Source: an uncultured Balneolaceae bacterium (GTDB lineage: Bacteria > Bacteroidota > Rhodothermia > Balneolales > Balneolaceae). Taken from it: a stretch of DNA of 64,000 bases. Under the pieces are notes generated by a model. It had not been told where the DNA came from and made no database searches. It was given only the letters and a program-made list of their open reading frames with translations. The translations under genes and the position numbers were made by a program. Shown piece after piece: positions 20,282 to 30,860 of the stretch. Location of the stretch: assembly GCA_964615135.1 (NCBI GenBank), contig CAZTOG010000010.1:35161-99160 (forward strand), in the 5' to 3' direction. Each line of letters starts with the position of its first letter. Position 1 is the first letter of the stretch.

Positions 20282-20376
20282 CACCTCAGATAAGAGAACT
20301 CTACGCCATATAAACCAAAACAAATGAAGGCAATATATTTTTAGAAGAAAAGACAGGTATTGCCGCCAGTTAACGA

Positions 20377-21048
20377 ATGATTTTAGCATTTGAAACATCG
20401 ACCGATGTGTGTTCGGTAGCCTTTCAAAATAAAGAAGGCCAAGTATTCGAAGAAAGAGTTACCGGAAAAGGAGTGCATTCCACCCATTTGTTCCTTTTTG
20501 TGCAGAAATTGACGGGCAAATATAATTTTCAAATAGACGAGATCGAAACAGCTTTGATAAGCAATGGGCCGGGGTCTTATACCGGGCTGAGAATCGGTGC
20601 CAGTGCCATAAAAGGACTGTTTTTTGGCAAGAAAATCAATTTATTTGCCGTAAATACACTTGCTGCCGTTGCTGCTTCACAACTGGATAGCACAGAAAAT
20701 ACCGTAATCCATGCCATACTCGATGCGAGACGCTCGCACCTGTACCATCAAGAGTTTAAGATAAATAATGGCTTGAAAAGCAGCAGTGAACCGGCTCTTG
20801 TTAAAATTTCGAAATTCGAAGAAATGCTCCAAAATAACGATAAAATAGCAGGTACCGGATTGGATAGGGTTAATTTTGGCGATTTGTTGCTGGATACGAA
20901 CGACATTGAAAGTATTTCTGCCATAAACATCATAAAATTATTTAACTTGCAACCAACGAGCGCCTATTTTGAGAAAACAACCATAGAAGAGTTAAACCCA
21001 AACTACATTACAAGCAATCAGATTAATAATACACCAACGCAATCATAA
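20377..21048 (+). CDS. tsaB: tRNA threonylcarbamoyladenosine biosynthesis protein TsaB
   Basis: MILAFETSTDVCSVA... and GPGSYTGLRIG motifs. 223 aa. Confidence 0.85.
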   Translation: MILAFETSTDVCSVAFQNKEGQVFEERVTGKGVHSTHLFLFVQKLTGKYNFQIDEIETALISNGPGSYTGLRIGASAIKGLFFGKKINLFAVNTLAAVAASQLDSTENTVIHAILDARRSHLYHQEFKINNGLKSSSEPALVKISKFEEMLQNNDKIAGTGLDRVNFGDLLLDTNDIESISAINIIKLFNLQPTSAYFEKTTIEELNPNYITSNQINNTPTQS

Positions 21049-21104
21049 TCAGATTTTAAAGCAAAATATTTATATTTTGTAGCATATAAAATTAATAGAC
21101 AACT

Positions 21105-21947
21105 ATGGCCTGGTTTAAAAGAAAAGACGACAATATTCAAACTTCGAAAAAGAAAGATATGCCCGAAGGCGTATGGATAAAAGTGCCGACCACCGGCGAA
21201 GCTATCCACCGGCGCGAATTGGAAGACAATTACTGGGTAGATCCTCTCAGCGGCTATCATTTCAGGATAGGGAGTAGAGAATATTTCTCTATCATCTTCG
21301 ATAACGAGAAATTCGAAGAAATCGGCAACGAAATTGTATCTGCCGATCCTTTGAAATTCATAGATAGAAAACCGTATATCGATCGTCTGGAAGAATCGAA
21401 AAGGAAATCGGGTCTGACCGATGCTGCAAGGATTGGTATAGGTAAGATGAACGGCCTGGATATTGTGGTAGGCTGTATGGATTTTTCATTTATAGGTGGC
21501 AGTATGGGTTCGGTTGTGGGCGAACGCCTGGGTATGGCTATAGATGAAGCCAGAAAAAGAAAGATACCACTTATCATTATCTCTCAAACGGGTGGTGCCA
21601 GAATGATGGAAAGTGTGCTGAGCCTGATGCAAATGGCAAAAACATCCGCAAAATTGGCACAGCTTGAGCAAGAAGGCATCCCTTATATTTCGTATATGAC
21701 CAATCCCACAACCGGTGGAGTTACCGCGAGTTTTGCCATGTTGGGCGATTTTAACGTTGCCGAACCCGGCGCTTTAATAGCCTTTGCAGGTCCCAGAGTG
21801 GTACGCCAGACTATTGGAAGAGACTTGCCCGATGGCTTCCAAACAGCCGAATACCTTTTGGAGCACGGTTTTCTCGACTTTATAGTACCACGCACCAAAA
21901 TGAAAGCCAAATTAACACGTTTATTAAAAATAGTGTTGCACAAATAA
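21105..21947 (+). CDS. accD: Acetyl-CoA carboxylase carboxyltransferase beta subunit
   Basis: FSFIGGSMGSVVGE and TGGARMMES motifs. 280 aa. The N-terminal region aligns to the Zn-ribbon segment but has no Cys. Confidence 0.9.
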   Translation: MAWFKRKDDNIQTSKKKDMPEGVWIKVPTTGEAIHRRELEDNYWVDPLSGYHFRIGSREYFSIIFDNEKFEEIGNEIVSADPLKFIDRKPYIDRLEESKRKSGLTDAARIGIGKMNGLDIVVGCMDFSFIGGSMGSVVGERLGMAIDEARKRKIPLIIISQTGGARMMESVLSLMQMAKTSAKLAQLEQEGIPYISYMTNPTTGGVTASFAMLGDFNVAEPGALIAFAGPRVVRQTIGRDLPDGFQTAEYLLEHGFLDFIVPRTKMKAKLTRLLKIVLHK

Positions 21948-21991
21948 CCATTCTAACGTGTTTGGTTAAAACTATTTTAAAAAATTATTGT

Positions 21992-22024
21992 AAGGATAGG
22001 CACTCAAACCTATCCTTCTTTAAT
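21992..22024 (+). terminator. Probable terminator after accD
   Basis: 9-bp stem aaggatagg / cctatcctt with an 8-nt loop, followed by a weak, interrupted T-tract (ctttaat). Confidence 0.4.
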
Positions 22025-22090
22025 ACTGCCGCCCACTTGTGATAGATGGTGGTTATTGAACAAATTTCCAAAAATTACGAGGATAAGTAA

Positions 22091-23086
22091 TTGAGATTCG
22101 CCGATTATGCCAAAATTTATGTAACTGCCGGTAAAGGTGGGGATGGTTCCGCCAACCTGCGCCGCGAAAAGTACGTACCCAAAGGAGGTCCCGATGGCGG
22201 CGATGGAGGCAATGGCGGGAGCATTGTTTTAAAAGGAAATGCTCAGCTGAATACCATCCTCGATTTGCGCTATAAAAAATATATCAAGGCCAAAGCGGGA
22301 GAAAATGGCTCGGGCAGCCGTTCTACCGGTAAATCTGGAGAAGATATCATACTACAGGTTCCACTGGGCACCGTGGCATACGATGCGGACACCCGCGAAT
22401 TATTGGGCGAAATTTCTGCCAATGAAGAAGAATTGATAATAGCGCAAGGCGGCAGAGGCGGTCTCGGAAATTGGCATTTCAAAAGCCCCACCAACCAAAC
22501 ACCAACCTACGCACAGGAAGGCCGGCCGGGCGAGGAAAGGGTAGTTGAGCTGGAACTTAAACTGATTGCAGATGTAGGCCTTGTGGGTTTTCCAAATGCC
22601 GGTAAAAGCACTTTGTTGTCGGCTTTATCAAAGGCGAAACCCAAAATTGCCGATTACCCCTTTACAACACTAGAACCCAATCTGGGTGTGGTAACCATGG
22701 GCGACTACAGAAGTTTTGTAATGGCAGATATCCCGGGCATAATTGAAGAAGCCCATCAGGGAAAAGGGCTGGGAATACAGTTTTTACGACATATAGAGAG
22801 AAATAATGTACTCCTTTTTATGGTCAACGCCATCGGCGACTCCGTTTACGAGTACAATACGCTTTTGAACGAGCTGAAAATGTACAGAAAGGATTTATTG
22901 GAAAAACCGAGGGTGCTGGCACTTACAAAAATGGATTTAATAGAAAATTATAAATTAGAGAAGAAATTTCAATTTGAAGACGATATACCGGTAATCCCCA
23001 TATCGTCGGCCACCGGGTACGGCATAGACAAATTGAAAGAGGTACTGTGGGAGAAAATTCAACATGCAAAACAACAAAATACTTAA
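22091..23086 (+). CDS. obg: GTPase Obg/CgtA
   Basis: Obg-fold glycine-rich N-domain (GKGGDGSANLRREKYVPKGGPDGGDGGNGG), G1 GFPNAGKST and G3 DIPG. A TTG start is required because an in-frame TAA precedes it and the conserved N-terminus begins immediately. Confidence 0.92.
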   Translation: MRFADYAKIYVTAGKGGDGSANLRREKYVPKGGPDGGDGGNGGSIVLKGNAQLNTILDLRYKKYIKAKAGENGSGSRSTGKSGEDIILQVPLGTVAYDADTRELLGEISANEEELIIAQGGRGGLGNWHFKSPTNQTPTYAQEGRPGEERVVELELKLIADVGLVGFPNAGKSTLLSALSKAKPKIADYPFTTLEPNLGVVTMGDYRSFVMADIPGIIEEAHQGKGLGIQFLRHIERNNVLLFMVNAIGDSVYEYNTLLNELKMYRKDLLEKPRVLALTKMDLIENYKLEKKFQFEDDIPVIPISSATGYGIDKLKEVLWEKIQHAKQQNT

Positions 23087-24197
23087 AAACCTATTGGCGC
23101 TCAGCTTAGTTCGAGGATTGGGAGCCTTTAGAATTAACAGTTTTACAAAAAACAAAGAACATATAGAGAGAGTATTCGATTTCAGTAAAAAAGAACTGAA
23201 AAAATTCGAGGGCATAGGCTATCTATCCGCTAAGGAAATCCACTCGTTTAAAAATTGGGACGAAGTGGACGATATATTAGTGAAAACGGAAAAAATAGGC
23301 GCAAAAATAATTACTATTTTTGACGAAGAATACCCCTTATACCTGAAACATATTTATTCGCCACCGGCATTTTTTTGGCTTAAAGGGGATGCGAATGTGC
23401 TCAATAAACAAAGCATTGCCGTAATTGGTACAAGAAAACCTACACAGTATGGTAAGAAAATGGCAGCAAAAATCACGGCGCAACTGGCCGAAGAGGGACT
23501 TTGTGTAGTAAGCGGCCTGGCCTACGGCATAGATGCTATAGCGCACAAAGCCGCACTCGATGCCGAAGGAACAACCATAGCCGTATTGGGCTCGGGTATA
23601 GACAATATATATCCTAAAAAACACGCATCGCTGGCACAACGGATTGTCGAAAATGGCGGGGCGGTTATTACCGAGTTTCCACCGGGTGCTGCACCCGATG
23701 CCGGTAACTTTCCGGTTCGAAATAGAATAGTTAGCGGGATGAGTCTGGGTGTTCTGGTAGTTGAGTCGGGTGTGCAAGGCGGTAGTATGATTACAGCGGA
23801 GCTGGGACTGGACCAAAACCGTGAAATTTTTGCACTACCGCACAATATGGACAATCTTTCCGGCACCGGCGGTAATTATTTGATAAAAACAGGGGCAGCC
23901 AAGCTGGTGCAAAATATTCAGGATATCTTGAACGAAATTGCTTTCGAGGGTAAGGCCGAAACAGAAATCAAAACAGATACCAAAAGCATTATTCCAAAAC
24001 CAAAAAGGTGGGAAGAAATGAATTTAGACCCAATCAGCGTTTCTATTTGCGAACTGTTGCAGGAAAATCCGGTACAAGTTGATGATATCGGCGAAAAACT
24101 GAACATGCCCACATCAAAACTATTGGTTTCTTTACTGCAATTGGAAATGAAGGGGCTGGTGCAACAACAAGCCGGTAAACATTTCAAATTAATATGA
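23064..24197 (+). CDS. dprA: DNA-processing protein DprA
   Basis: N-terminal LLALSLVRGLG... and Rossmann-like core (VVSGLAYGIDAIAHKAAL, GGSMITA). 23-nt overlap with obg. Confidence 0.85.
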   Translation: MQNNKILKNLLALSLVRGLGAFRINSFTKNKEHIERVFDFSKKELKKFEGIGYLSAKEIHSFKNWDEVDDILVKTEKIGAKIITIFDEEYPLYLKHIYSPPAFFWLKGDANVLNKQSIAVIGTRKPTQYGKKMAAKITAQLAEEGLCVVSGLAYGIDAIAHKAALDAEGTTIAVLGSGIDNIYPKKHASLAQRIVENGGAVITEFPPGAAPDAGNFPVRNRIVSGMSLGVLVVESGVQGGSMITAELGLDQNREIFALPHNMDNLSGTGGNYLIKTGAAKLVQNIQDILNEIAFEGKAETEIKTDTKSIIPKPKRWEEMNLDPISVSICELLQENPVQVDDIGEKLNMPTSKLLVSLLQLEMKGLVQQQAGKHFKLI

Positions 24198-24320
24198 AAT
24201 ATCAACGATTTGTTTTGTTGTTTTAGACGAATAGCTATAAAAACTGGACAAAAATACTCGTATATTTAAAACTGATTAAATTTATCCGATATATAAACAA
24301 AATTTGATACAATACTTATT

Positions 24321-26057
24321 ATGCAACCACTTGATGCTTCTACAAAAGAACGAATACAAACTTGGTTAAACGGCAGTTACGACGAAGAATCGAAAGAAAC
24401 CATACGTCAACTATTAGCCGATGAAAAATACACCGAACTGACCGATGCTTTTTATAAAGATTTGGAGTTTGGCACCGGTGGCTTGAGGGGAATAATGGGC
24501 GTGGGTTCGAACCGGGTAAACAAATATACTTTTGGTATTGCTACCCAAGGTTTAAGCAACTTCCTTAAAAAGAACTACGCAGGCGAAGAACTTAAAGTTG
24601 CCATTGCGCACGACAGCAGAAACAATTCGGATATCCTGGCCAAAACAGTTGCCGATATATTTACTGCAAATGGAATAAAAGTGTATTTTTTCGAGAGTTT
24701 AAGACCAACGCCGGAACTGAGCTACGCCATCAGGCAGCTGGGTTGCCAAAGCGGAGTAGTTTTGACGGCATCACACAACCCGAAAGAGTATAACGGCTTT
24801 AAAGCATACGGGCCAAACGGCGCCCAATTGGTTTCTCCATACGATAAAATGGTAATGGACGAAGTGTTGGCCATTAAAGATATTAAAGACGTTAATTACG
24901 CCGGAAATGATGATTTAATCGAAGTAATTGGCAAAGAATTTGACGAAAAATATATCGAAGAGCTTTTCAAATTGTCGTTATCGCAGGATGCCATTAAACG
25001 CCAGAAAGATATGAGCATCGTGTTTTCGGCCATACACGGAACCGCTGCCGTTGTGGCTCCCGATGCATTCAAAAGATTTGGTTTCGAAAACATCAGCTAT
25101 GTGGAAGAACAAATGGTGGCCGATGGAAATTTTCCAACCGTGGTTTATCCAAATCCCGAAGAAGCCGAGGCATTGTCCATGGCATTGGAAAAGGCAAAAA
25201 AAATAGACGCAGACTTGGTCATGGCTACCGATCCCGATTCGGATAGAATAGGCATTGCAACCAAAGACGATAAAGGGGAATGGACATTGCTCAACGGAAA
25301 TATGACCGCTGCTTTGTTAATTAACTACATGCTTACTGCCTGGAAAGAACACAATAAACTGACCGGTAATGAATTTATAGTCAAAACTATCGTAACCACC
25401 AATGTAATCGATAAAATTGCCGACAAGTTTGGTGTAGAACGCTTTGATACGCTCACCGGCTTTAAATATATTGGCGATTTGATGACCAATTTGGAAGGAA
25501 AAAAGAAATTTATCGTAGGTGGAGAAGAAAGTTATGGCTATTTAGTGGGTGACCACGTGCGCGATAAAGACGCTATTGTTTCTGCCGTAATGATTGCAGA
25601 AATGGCGGCATATTATAAAGACAAAGGCATTGGTTTATACGAAGCGCTGATTGATTTATATGCCGAGCATGGACTGTATCGCGAAAAATTGATATCCATT
25701 ACCAAAGAAGGTAAAGCCGGCGCTGATGAAATTCAGAATATGATGAAAACCTTCCGAAATAATCCACCAAAAATATTAGCCGGCGCAAAGGTGGTAACCA
25801 TCAAGGATTATATGACGGATGAGGCATTAAATTTGGAAACTGGTAGCAAAACGAAAATGGGATACCCGCAATCGAACGTACTACAGTTCATAACCGAAAA
25901 CGGAGATATTATTTCGGCACGTCCATCCGGCACAGAACCAAAAATAAAGTTTTATTGCAGCGTTAATACAAAAATGGAACATAAAAACGACTACGATAAA
26001 TTAACGGCCAAACTAGATGATTATATAGAACAGATTATGAGTGATCTGCTTGGCTAA
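24321..26057 (+). CDS. Phospho-sugar mutase (phosphoglucomutase/phosphomannomutase family)
   Basis: Active-site loop TASHNPKEYNGFK, metal loop DPDSDR and sugar loop GGEESYG. 578 aa. Confidence 0.9.
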   Translation: MQPLDASTKERIQTWLNGSYDEESKETIRQLLADEKYTELTDAFYKDLEFGTGGLRGIMGVGSNRVNKYTFGIATQGLSNFLKKNYAGEELKVAIAHDSRNNSDILAKTVADIFTANGIKVYFFESLRPTPELSYAIRQLGCQSGVVLTASHNPKEYNGFKAYGPNGAQLVSPYDKMVMDEVLAIKDIKDVNYAGNDDLIEVIGKEFDEKYIEELFKLSLSQDAIKRQKDMSIVFSAIHGTAAVVAPDAFKRFGFENISYVEEQMVADGNFPTVVYPNPEEAEALSMALEKAKKIDADLVMATDPDSDRIGIATKDDKGEWTLLNGNMTAALLINYMLTAWKEHNKLTGNEFIVKTIVTTNVIDKIADKFGVERFDTLTGFKYIGDLMTNLEGKKKFIVGGEESYGYLVGDHVRDKDAIVSAVMIAEMAAYYKDKGIGLYEALIDLYAEHGLYREKLISITKEGKAGADEIQNMMKTFRNNPPKILAGAKVVTIKDYMTDEALNLETGSKTKMGYPQSNVLQFITENGDIISARPSGTEPKIKFYCSVNTKMEHKNDYDKLTAKLDDYIEQIMSDLLG

Positions 26058-26071
26058 AGAAAATAAAAAAA

Positions 26072-26103
26072 AAGGCTCTTAAATAATTAAGAGCCTTTTT
26101 TTT
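26072..26103. terminator. Bidirectional rho-independent terminator
   Basis: Stem aaggctcttaa / ttaagagcctt flanked by A9 and T9 runs, between convergent genes. Confidence 0.8.
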
Positions 26104-26121
26104 GAAGTATATTTTATAAAA

Positions 26122-26799
26122 TTAATCAAGCTGTCCTTTTTCGGCTGCTTTTTTAAGTTTTTCGTTGGCCCAAATGGCTACTTCAACACGGCGGTTTTGA
26201 GCACGTCCTTCAACTGTTTCGTTGCTGGCAATGGGTTTTTCAATACCAAAACCAACAATGGTCATTCTGGTTGCTTCAACACCCAATTGGGCAGCATATT
26301 CTGCAACGGATGTAGCTCTTTTTTCCGATAGTTCCTGGTTATACTCTTTACGCCCGGTAATATCAGTATGGCCGGAAAACATAATGTCGGTGTCTTCATA
26401 TTTTTGAAGAATCTTGGCAAGTTTTTCAATTTCCGCTTTGGAAGCTTGTTTCAAATCGTATGAGTTGGTATCGAATAGAATACCCGAATCGAAAATGATT
26501 TGGATTCCTTCTTCCACTCTCTCAACTGTTGCGCCGTCTAAGTCTTCTTTTAGCTCACGCGATTGACGATCCATGTAGTTTCCGATTGCAGCACCGGCAG
26601 CACCGCCAACACCGGCCCCAACAATGGCACCCGTAGTTGAATTACCGGCTGCTTTACCTATAACGGCACCTGCTAAAGCACCTGCACCCGCTCCAATAAC
26701 GGTTCCCTGTAAAGTCTTGCTGAGCGAATCGCAACCTGTTAAAGTAACGGTTGTGAGTATCAAAGTAAGAATAGTGATAAGTTGTTTGGTTCTTTTCAT
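26122..26799 (-). CDS. OmpA-family lipoprotein with glycine-zipper region
   Basis: Lipobox LTGC, glycine zipper (GAGAGALAGAVIGKAAG...GAGVGGAAGAAIG) and an OmpA_C domain (SGHTD...NRRVEV). Confidence 0.85.
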   Translation of the reverse strand: MKRTKQLITILTLILTTVTLTGCDSLSKTLQGTVIGAGAGALAGAVIGKAAGNSTTGAIVGAGVGGAAGAAIGNYMDRQSRELKEDLDGATVERVEEGIQIIFDSGILFDTNSYDLKQASKAEIEKLAKILQKYEDTDIMFSGHTDITGRKEYNQELSEKRATSVAEYAAQLGVEATRMTIVGFGIEKPIASNETVEGRAQNRRVEVAIWANEKLKKAAEKGQLD

Positions 26800-26855
26800 T
26801 TTTGTTTTATTTATGTGATTGTTAGTTGATAATTACCGGAAATTATTCCGATTTA

Positions 26856-29417
26856 TCACGCTCTTATTATTTCCAAAGGCGTTTTATTTCGTACCTCTCT
26901 GGTATTAATCATTCCTATTATAAGAATTAGCACAATTAAAATAACGATTTCAAGAAGAATTATTGTAATATTTGGTTTGAACGAAATATCAAAATAAAAA
27001 TTCGTTACCATAAAGCCCACAAAAACAGATAAAGTAATGCCAACAAGTGAAGCCATAAGACCCAAAAAGGCATATTCTATTATTTGGATTTTAGAAACTT
27101 GATTTCGGGTGGCACCCAATGTTCTCAATAACGCAGATTCCCTCACACGTTGATATTTCCCCGTAGAAGCCGACCCCGCCAGAACAATCAACCCGGTTAT
27201 AACACTGAACAGACCAATAAATTGAATTACGAATGTGATTTTATCTATAAATGTCTGCACCGTTTCTAAAATCTGACCAATATCCAGCGCAGAGACGTTG
27301 GGATATGCCAAAACAATATCGCGCTGTAAGTTTAATGCGCCTTGTTTATCGCCGGTGTTTAATGTTGTGGCGTAGAATTGGGGGGCATAATCGAGTACTC
27401 CTTTTGGAAATACCACAAAGAAATTAGGTTGCGGTAAATCCCATTTCACACTTCTGCTGCTCGATACGTAGCTTTTTATGGGAAATCCTTGAACATCCCA
27501 AATCAAAGTATCGCCAAGCTGCAAATTCAGGTCGTCCATCAAACCTATATCAACCGAAATGGGCACATAACCATCAATATCGTTGTACGTGCCGATAAAA
27601 TTTCCTTCTTCTATCTTTTCAGATTCCATTAAGCTATCGCGGTAGGTGGATCGGTATTCACGGTTTAATGCCCACCTGTTGGAGGTAAAAGTGGTATCGG
27701 CGAGAATATTCTTCACCTCCTTTCCCTGTATATTCTGAAGGCGCATGGTAACAATCGGCACATTTTGCAGTATGGAATATCCGCTTTCTTCAATTAAACG
27801 ATTTACACCTTCGTTTTGATCGTGCTGAACATCAAATAAAGCCAAATTGGGCGTGTTTTCATATTCATCGAATTTAATGGCTTCTAATAATACATCCTGA
27901 GTTAAATAAAGGGAACTGATTAAAGTTACTCCCAAACCAAATGTTAGCAAAAGGGTGGTCGTCTGGTTATTTGGTCGGTACAGATTTGCCAACCCCTGAC
28001 GCCATTCGTACCCAATAGCAGCAGGCGCCAATTTTCGTGCCAATTTCATTACCAAAATAGCTATGCCGGCCAACATCAGTATGCTAATACCCAAGCCTAT
28101 TGTAAAAATTGCGGAGGCGACAATATTGTTCAGCATAAACTGTGCATAAATAAAAACGAACAATACCACGGCTGTAACGATGATGAATTTATCAGCTCTG
28201 CTCAGAAGTTTGTTGATATTTATATGAACCGATCGCAGAGTATAAAGAGGTGAGATTTTTCTCACGGCAAGCAGCGGAAACATTGCAAAAAGGAATGAAA
28301 TGAAAATTCCGGTTGCAATTCCAATAAATATAGATGCCCAGGAAATGGTTATTTCAATATCCACCGGTAGGAAATCCTGCAATAAATGGGGTAAATAAAG
28401 CTGAATCAGAGTTCCCGAAAAAGCGCCGATTAATGCGCCGATAGCGCCCATGAAAAGGGCCTGAATCACAAAGATCATCATGGCTTTATTGGAACTTACC
28501 CCAAGACAGCGCAAAATAGAAATGGTTTTAAATTTCTCTCTTATATACACATAAATAGAACTCGAAATGCCGAGTCCGCCCAATAAAAGAGCTATAAAAC
28601 CTATCAAATTGAGAAAATTGGCCACATATACTACCGCCTGCCCAACCTCCTCCTTTCTCGATTCTACGTCTTCTATTCTGAAATTATGCTCTTTTCTTAA
28701 TTCTCTTAATTCCGTTAGAACTATTTTTTCGTCAACATTATCGGCCAGTTTTATAAAATGTTTATATCTCAACCGGCTGCCGCGGTCAGTTAATCCCGTT
28801 TCTTCCAAACCATCGAGTGGAATATAAATTCGGGGACCTATAAACGACGCGGCCATGGGCTGGCCGGGCACATCGCGCAGGGCACCGGCAATTTTGTAGT
28901 GTATTTTGCCAATTTTAACCGAATCGCCCGGCTGTAAATCAAATTGTATGAGTATGGATTCTTCTACCAGTGCCGATTTATCCTTTTGATAGACACCGGC
29001 GGCGTTTTCTGGAACAGTTTCAATATTCCCATAAAAAGGAAATGCACCCGATACCGCATTTATTTGCGAAAGACGCGTATAGCCCGATTTTGGAAACAGC
29101 GCCATAGAGCTGAAATCAACTGATTGTGCAATTTCTACGTTGATATCTTCTATATAATCGAGTATTTCTACGTTTAAGCTATCGTTTTTACTGATTACAA
29201 GGTCTGCACCCAGTAATTCTTTGGCCTGGCTGTTGATGGCGTCGTGCATATTGGCACGAAATGATGTGATTGCAACTTGGGCCGCCACCCCGACAATAAT
29301 TGCCGCCATATATAAAAACAACTTGGCCCTGTTTGTGCGCGAATCTCTCCACGCCATTTTGAACAGCCACCATTTATCCATTCGAAGCCACCTCGTTTGC
29401 GCCAACTCTGGTGTCAT
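26856..29417 (-). CDS. FtsX-like ABC transporter permease (YbbP-like, duplicated FtsX domains)
   Basis: 853 aa with two FtsX-type 4-TM modules separated by large extracytoplasmic regions. The listed start overlaps the upstream ATPase gene by 44 nt, so internal ATGs at 29381 or 29357 are alternative starts. Confidence 0.8.
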   Translation of the reverse strand: MTPELAQTRWLRMDKWWLFKMAWRDSRTNRAKLFLYMAAIIVGVAAQVAITSFRANMHDAINSQAKELLGADLVISKNDSLNVEILDYIEDINVEIAQSVDFSSMALFPKSGYTRLSQINAVSGAFPFYGNIETVPENAAGVYQKDKSALVEESILIQFDLQPGDSVKIGKIHYKIAGALRDVPGQPMAASFIGPRIYIPLDGLEETGLTDRGSRLRYKHFIKLADNVDEKIVLTELRELRKEHNFRIEDVESRKEEVGQAVVYVANFLNLIGFIALLLGGLGISSSIYVYIREKFKTISILRCLGVSSNKAMMIFVIQALFMGAIGALIGAFSGTLIQLYLPHLLQDFLPVDIEITISWASIFIGIATGIFISFLFAMFPLLAVRKISPLYTLRSVHININKLLSRADKFIIVTAVVLFVFIYAQFMLNNIVASAIFTIGLGISILMLAGIAILVMKLARKLAPAAIGYEWRQGLANLYRPNNQTTTLLLTFGLGVTLISSLYLTQDVLLEAIKFDEYENTPNLALFDVQHDQNEGVNRLIEESGYSILQNVPIVTMRLQNIQGKEVKNILADTTFTSNRWALNREYRSTYRDSLMESEKIEEGNFIGTYNDIDGYVPISVDIGLMDDLNLQLGDTLIWDVQGFPIKSYVSSSRSVKWDLPQPNFFVVFPKGVLDYAPQFYATTLNTGDKQGALNLQRDIVLAYPNVSALDIGQILETVQTFIDKITFVIQFIGLFSVITGLIVLAGSASTGKYQRVRESALLRTLGATRNQVSKIQIIEYAFLGLMASLVGITLSVFVGFMVTNFYFDISFKPNITIILLEIVILIVLILIIGMINTREVRNKTPLEIIRA

Positions 29418-30087
29418 CTACTATTGAACCGTTTTTCAAGGTTATGATACGTTCGCATTTATTGGCTAAATCGGGATTATGGGTTACAACTATTAAAGTA
29501 GTGCCTAGTTTTTTGTTCAAATCGAAAATTAGATTCTCGATGTTCGATCCGGTTTCGGCATCCAGGTTCCCGGTGGGTTCGTCGGCAAAAAGTATTTTGG
29601 GCTGGTTGATAAAAGCTCGTGCAATGGCTACGCGTTGTTGCTCGCCGCCCGATAATTGACTGGGGTAATGATGGCCGCGCTCGCCCAAACCAACCTGTTC
29701 CAGAAGTTCCTGTGCATGTTTTCGCACCTTTTTAGTCGGCTCTCCTCTCAATTCGAGCGGAACCATCACATTTTCCAGCGCGGTTAATGTGGGAATCAGC
29801 TGGAAAGTTTGAAAAATAAAGCCCACATGTTCATTGCGTATTTTTGCGCGCTGATCTTCATCCAGGTCGTTTATTTTTATGCCGTCCAAAAATACATTGC
29901 CCGAATTGGGGCTGTCCAAACCGGCGCACAGACCCAGTAAAGTTGTTTTTCCGCTGCCTGATGGTCCTATAATGGCGCAGCTGGTTTTCTCCTGTATTTC
30001 GAAACTGAGATCGTTGACTACAGTAATTTCTTTGTTACCGCTTTTAAAAGTTCGTAATAAATTTTCGACGCGTAAAATATTGCCCAC
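29374..30087 (-). CDS. ABC transporter ATP-binding protein (YbbA/LolD-like)
   Basis: Walker A GPSGSGKTT, signature LSGGEQQRV and Walker B ILFADEPT. Confidence 0.9.
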   Translation of the reverse strand: MGNILRVENLLRTFKSGNKEITVVNDLSFEIQEKTSCAIIGPSGSGKTTLLGLCAGLDSPNSGNVFLDGIKINDLDEDQRAKIRNEHVGFIFQTFQLIPTLTALENVMVPLELRGEPTKKVRKHAQELLEQVGLGERGHHYPSQLSGGEQQRVAIARAFINQPKILFADEPTGNLDAETGSNIENLIFDLNKKLGTTLIVVTHNPDLANKCERIITLKNGSIVDDTRVGANEVASNG

Positions 30088-30168
30088 TTGATAAATGTTT
30101 GATTAATACTAGCACTTAAACCATTAAACGGGATGTTTTCATTCCTGTTATATACATTTTAAATTCTC

Positions 30169-30176
30169 TTATATTT
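30169..30176 (+). promoter_or_regulatory. Candidate -7 promoter element (TAnnTTTG) for the tesA-like gene
   Basis: tatatttg lies 60 nt upstream of the ATG at 30236, in the divergent intergenic region. Confidence 0.3.
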
Positions 30177-30235
30177 GAATGCCGTACAGCATTAAAATGT
30201 TTATGGTTTCAAATTAATCATACGGATTTTTTTAA

Positions 30236-30859
30236 ATGAGAAAATACCTATTACCACTTTTAACCTTATTGGTCATGGCAACGGCGGCTTCGGCTCAGCA
30301 CCCTAAAACGCTTTTAATATTCGGCGATAGCATCACTGCGGGATATGGTATTGAAGTAGGAGAAGCTTACCCGGCCCTGATACAACAAAAAATTGATTCC
30401 TTGGGTCTGGGTTATGAAGTAATCAACGCCGGATTGAGTGGAGAAACTTCGGCGGGTGGTTTGCGCAGAATTGATTGGGTGCTGCAACGCAAAATAGATG
30501 TTATGATATTAGAATTGGGCGGAAATGATGCGCTGCGTGGTATTGATTTAACCGATACAAAGAAAAATCTGCAACAAATAATCGAAAAAGTACACGCTAA
30601 ATACCCGGAAGCTCAAATTATAATAGCCGGCATGCAGGCACCACCCAATCTGGGCGAAGATTACATCCGACGTTTTTCGGAGTTGTTTTTTGAACTTTCA
30701 GAGGAGAATGATTTGCCTCTAATTCCATTTATTTTGGAAAAAGTGGGTGGAATTGCCGAGTTGAATCAGTCAGACGGCATCCACCCAACTGCAAAGGGGC
30801 ACATATTGGTGGCTCAAACGGTTTGGGAGTATTTATATCCCATAATTGCCGGCCGATAA
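30236..30859 (+). CDS. tesA: SGNH/GDSL arylesterase-thioesterase (TesA-like), secreted
   Basis: Signal peptide. SGNH blocks FGDSITAG, GLSGETS, GGNDA and DGIHP. Divergent from the ybbA/ybbP-like genes, as in E. coli. Confidence 0.85.
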   Translation: MRKYLLPLLTLLVMATAASAQHPKTLLIFGDSITAGYGIEVGEAYPALIQQKIDSLGLGYEVINAGLSGETSAGGLRRIDWVLQRKIDVMILELGGNDALRGIDLTDTKKNLQQIIEKVHAKYPEAQIIIAGMQAPPNLGEDYIRRFSELFFELSEENDLPLIPFILEKVGGIAELNQSDGIHPTAKGHILVAQTVWEYLYPIIAGR

Positions 30860-30860
30860 T

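Noticed and set aside
26856-30859. The tesA / ybbA / ybbP-like divergent arrangement as a novel system
   Set aside because: The same SGNH esterase divergent from an ABC ATPase plus FtsX-type permease is a well-known conserved arrangement (E. coli tesA-ybbA-ybbP). It is noteworthy only as conserved synteny.
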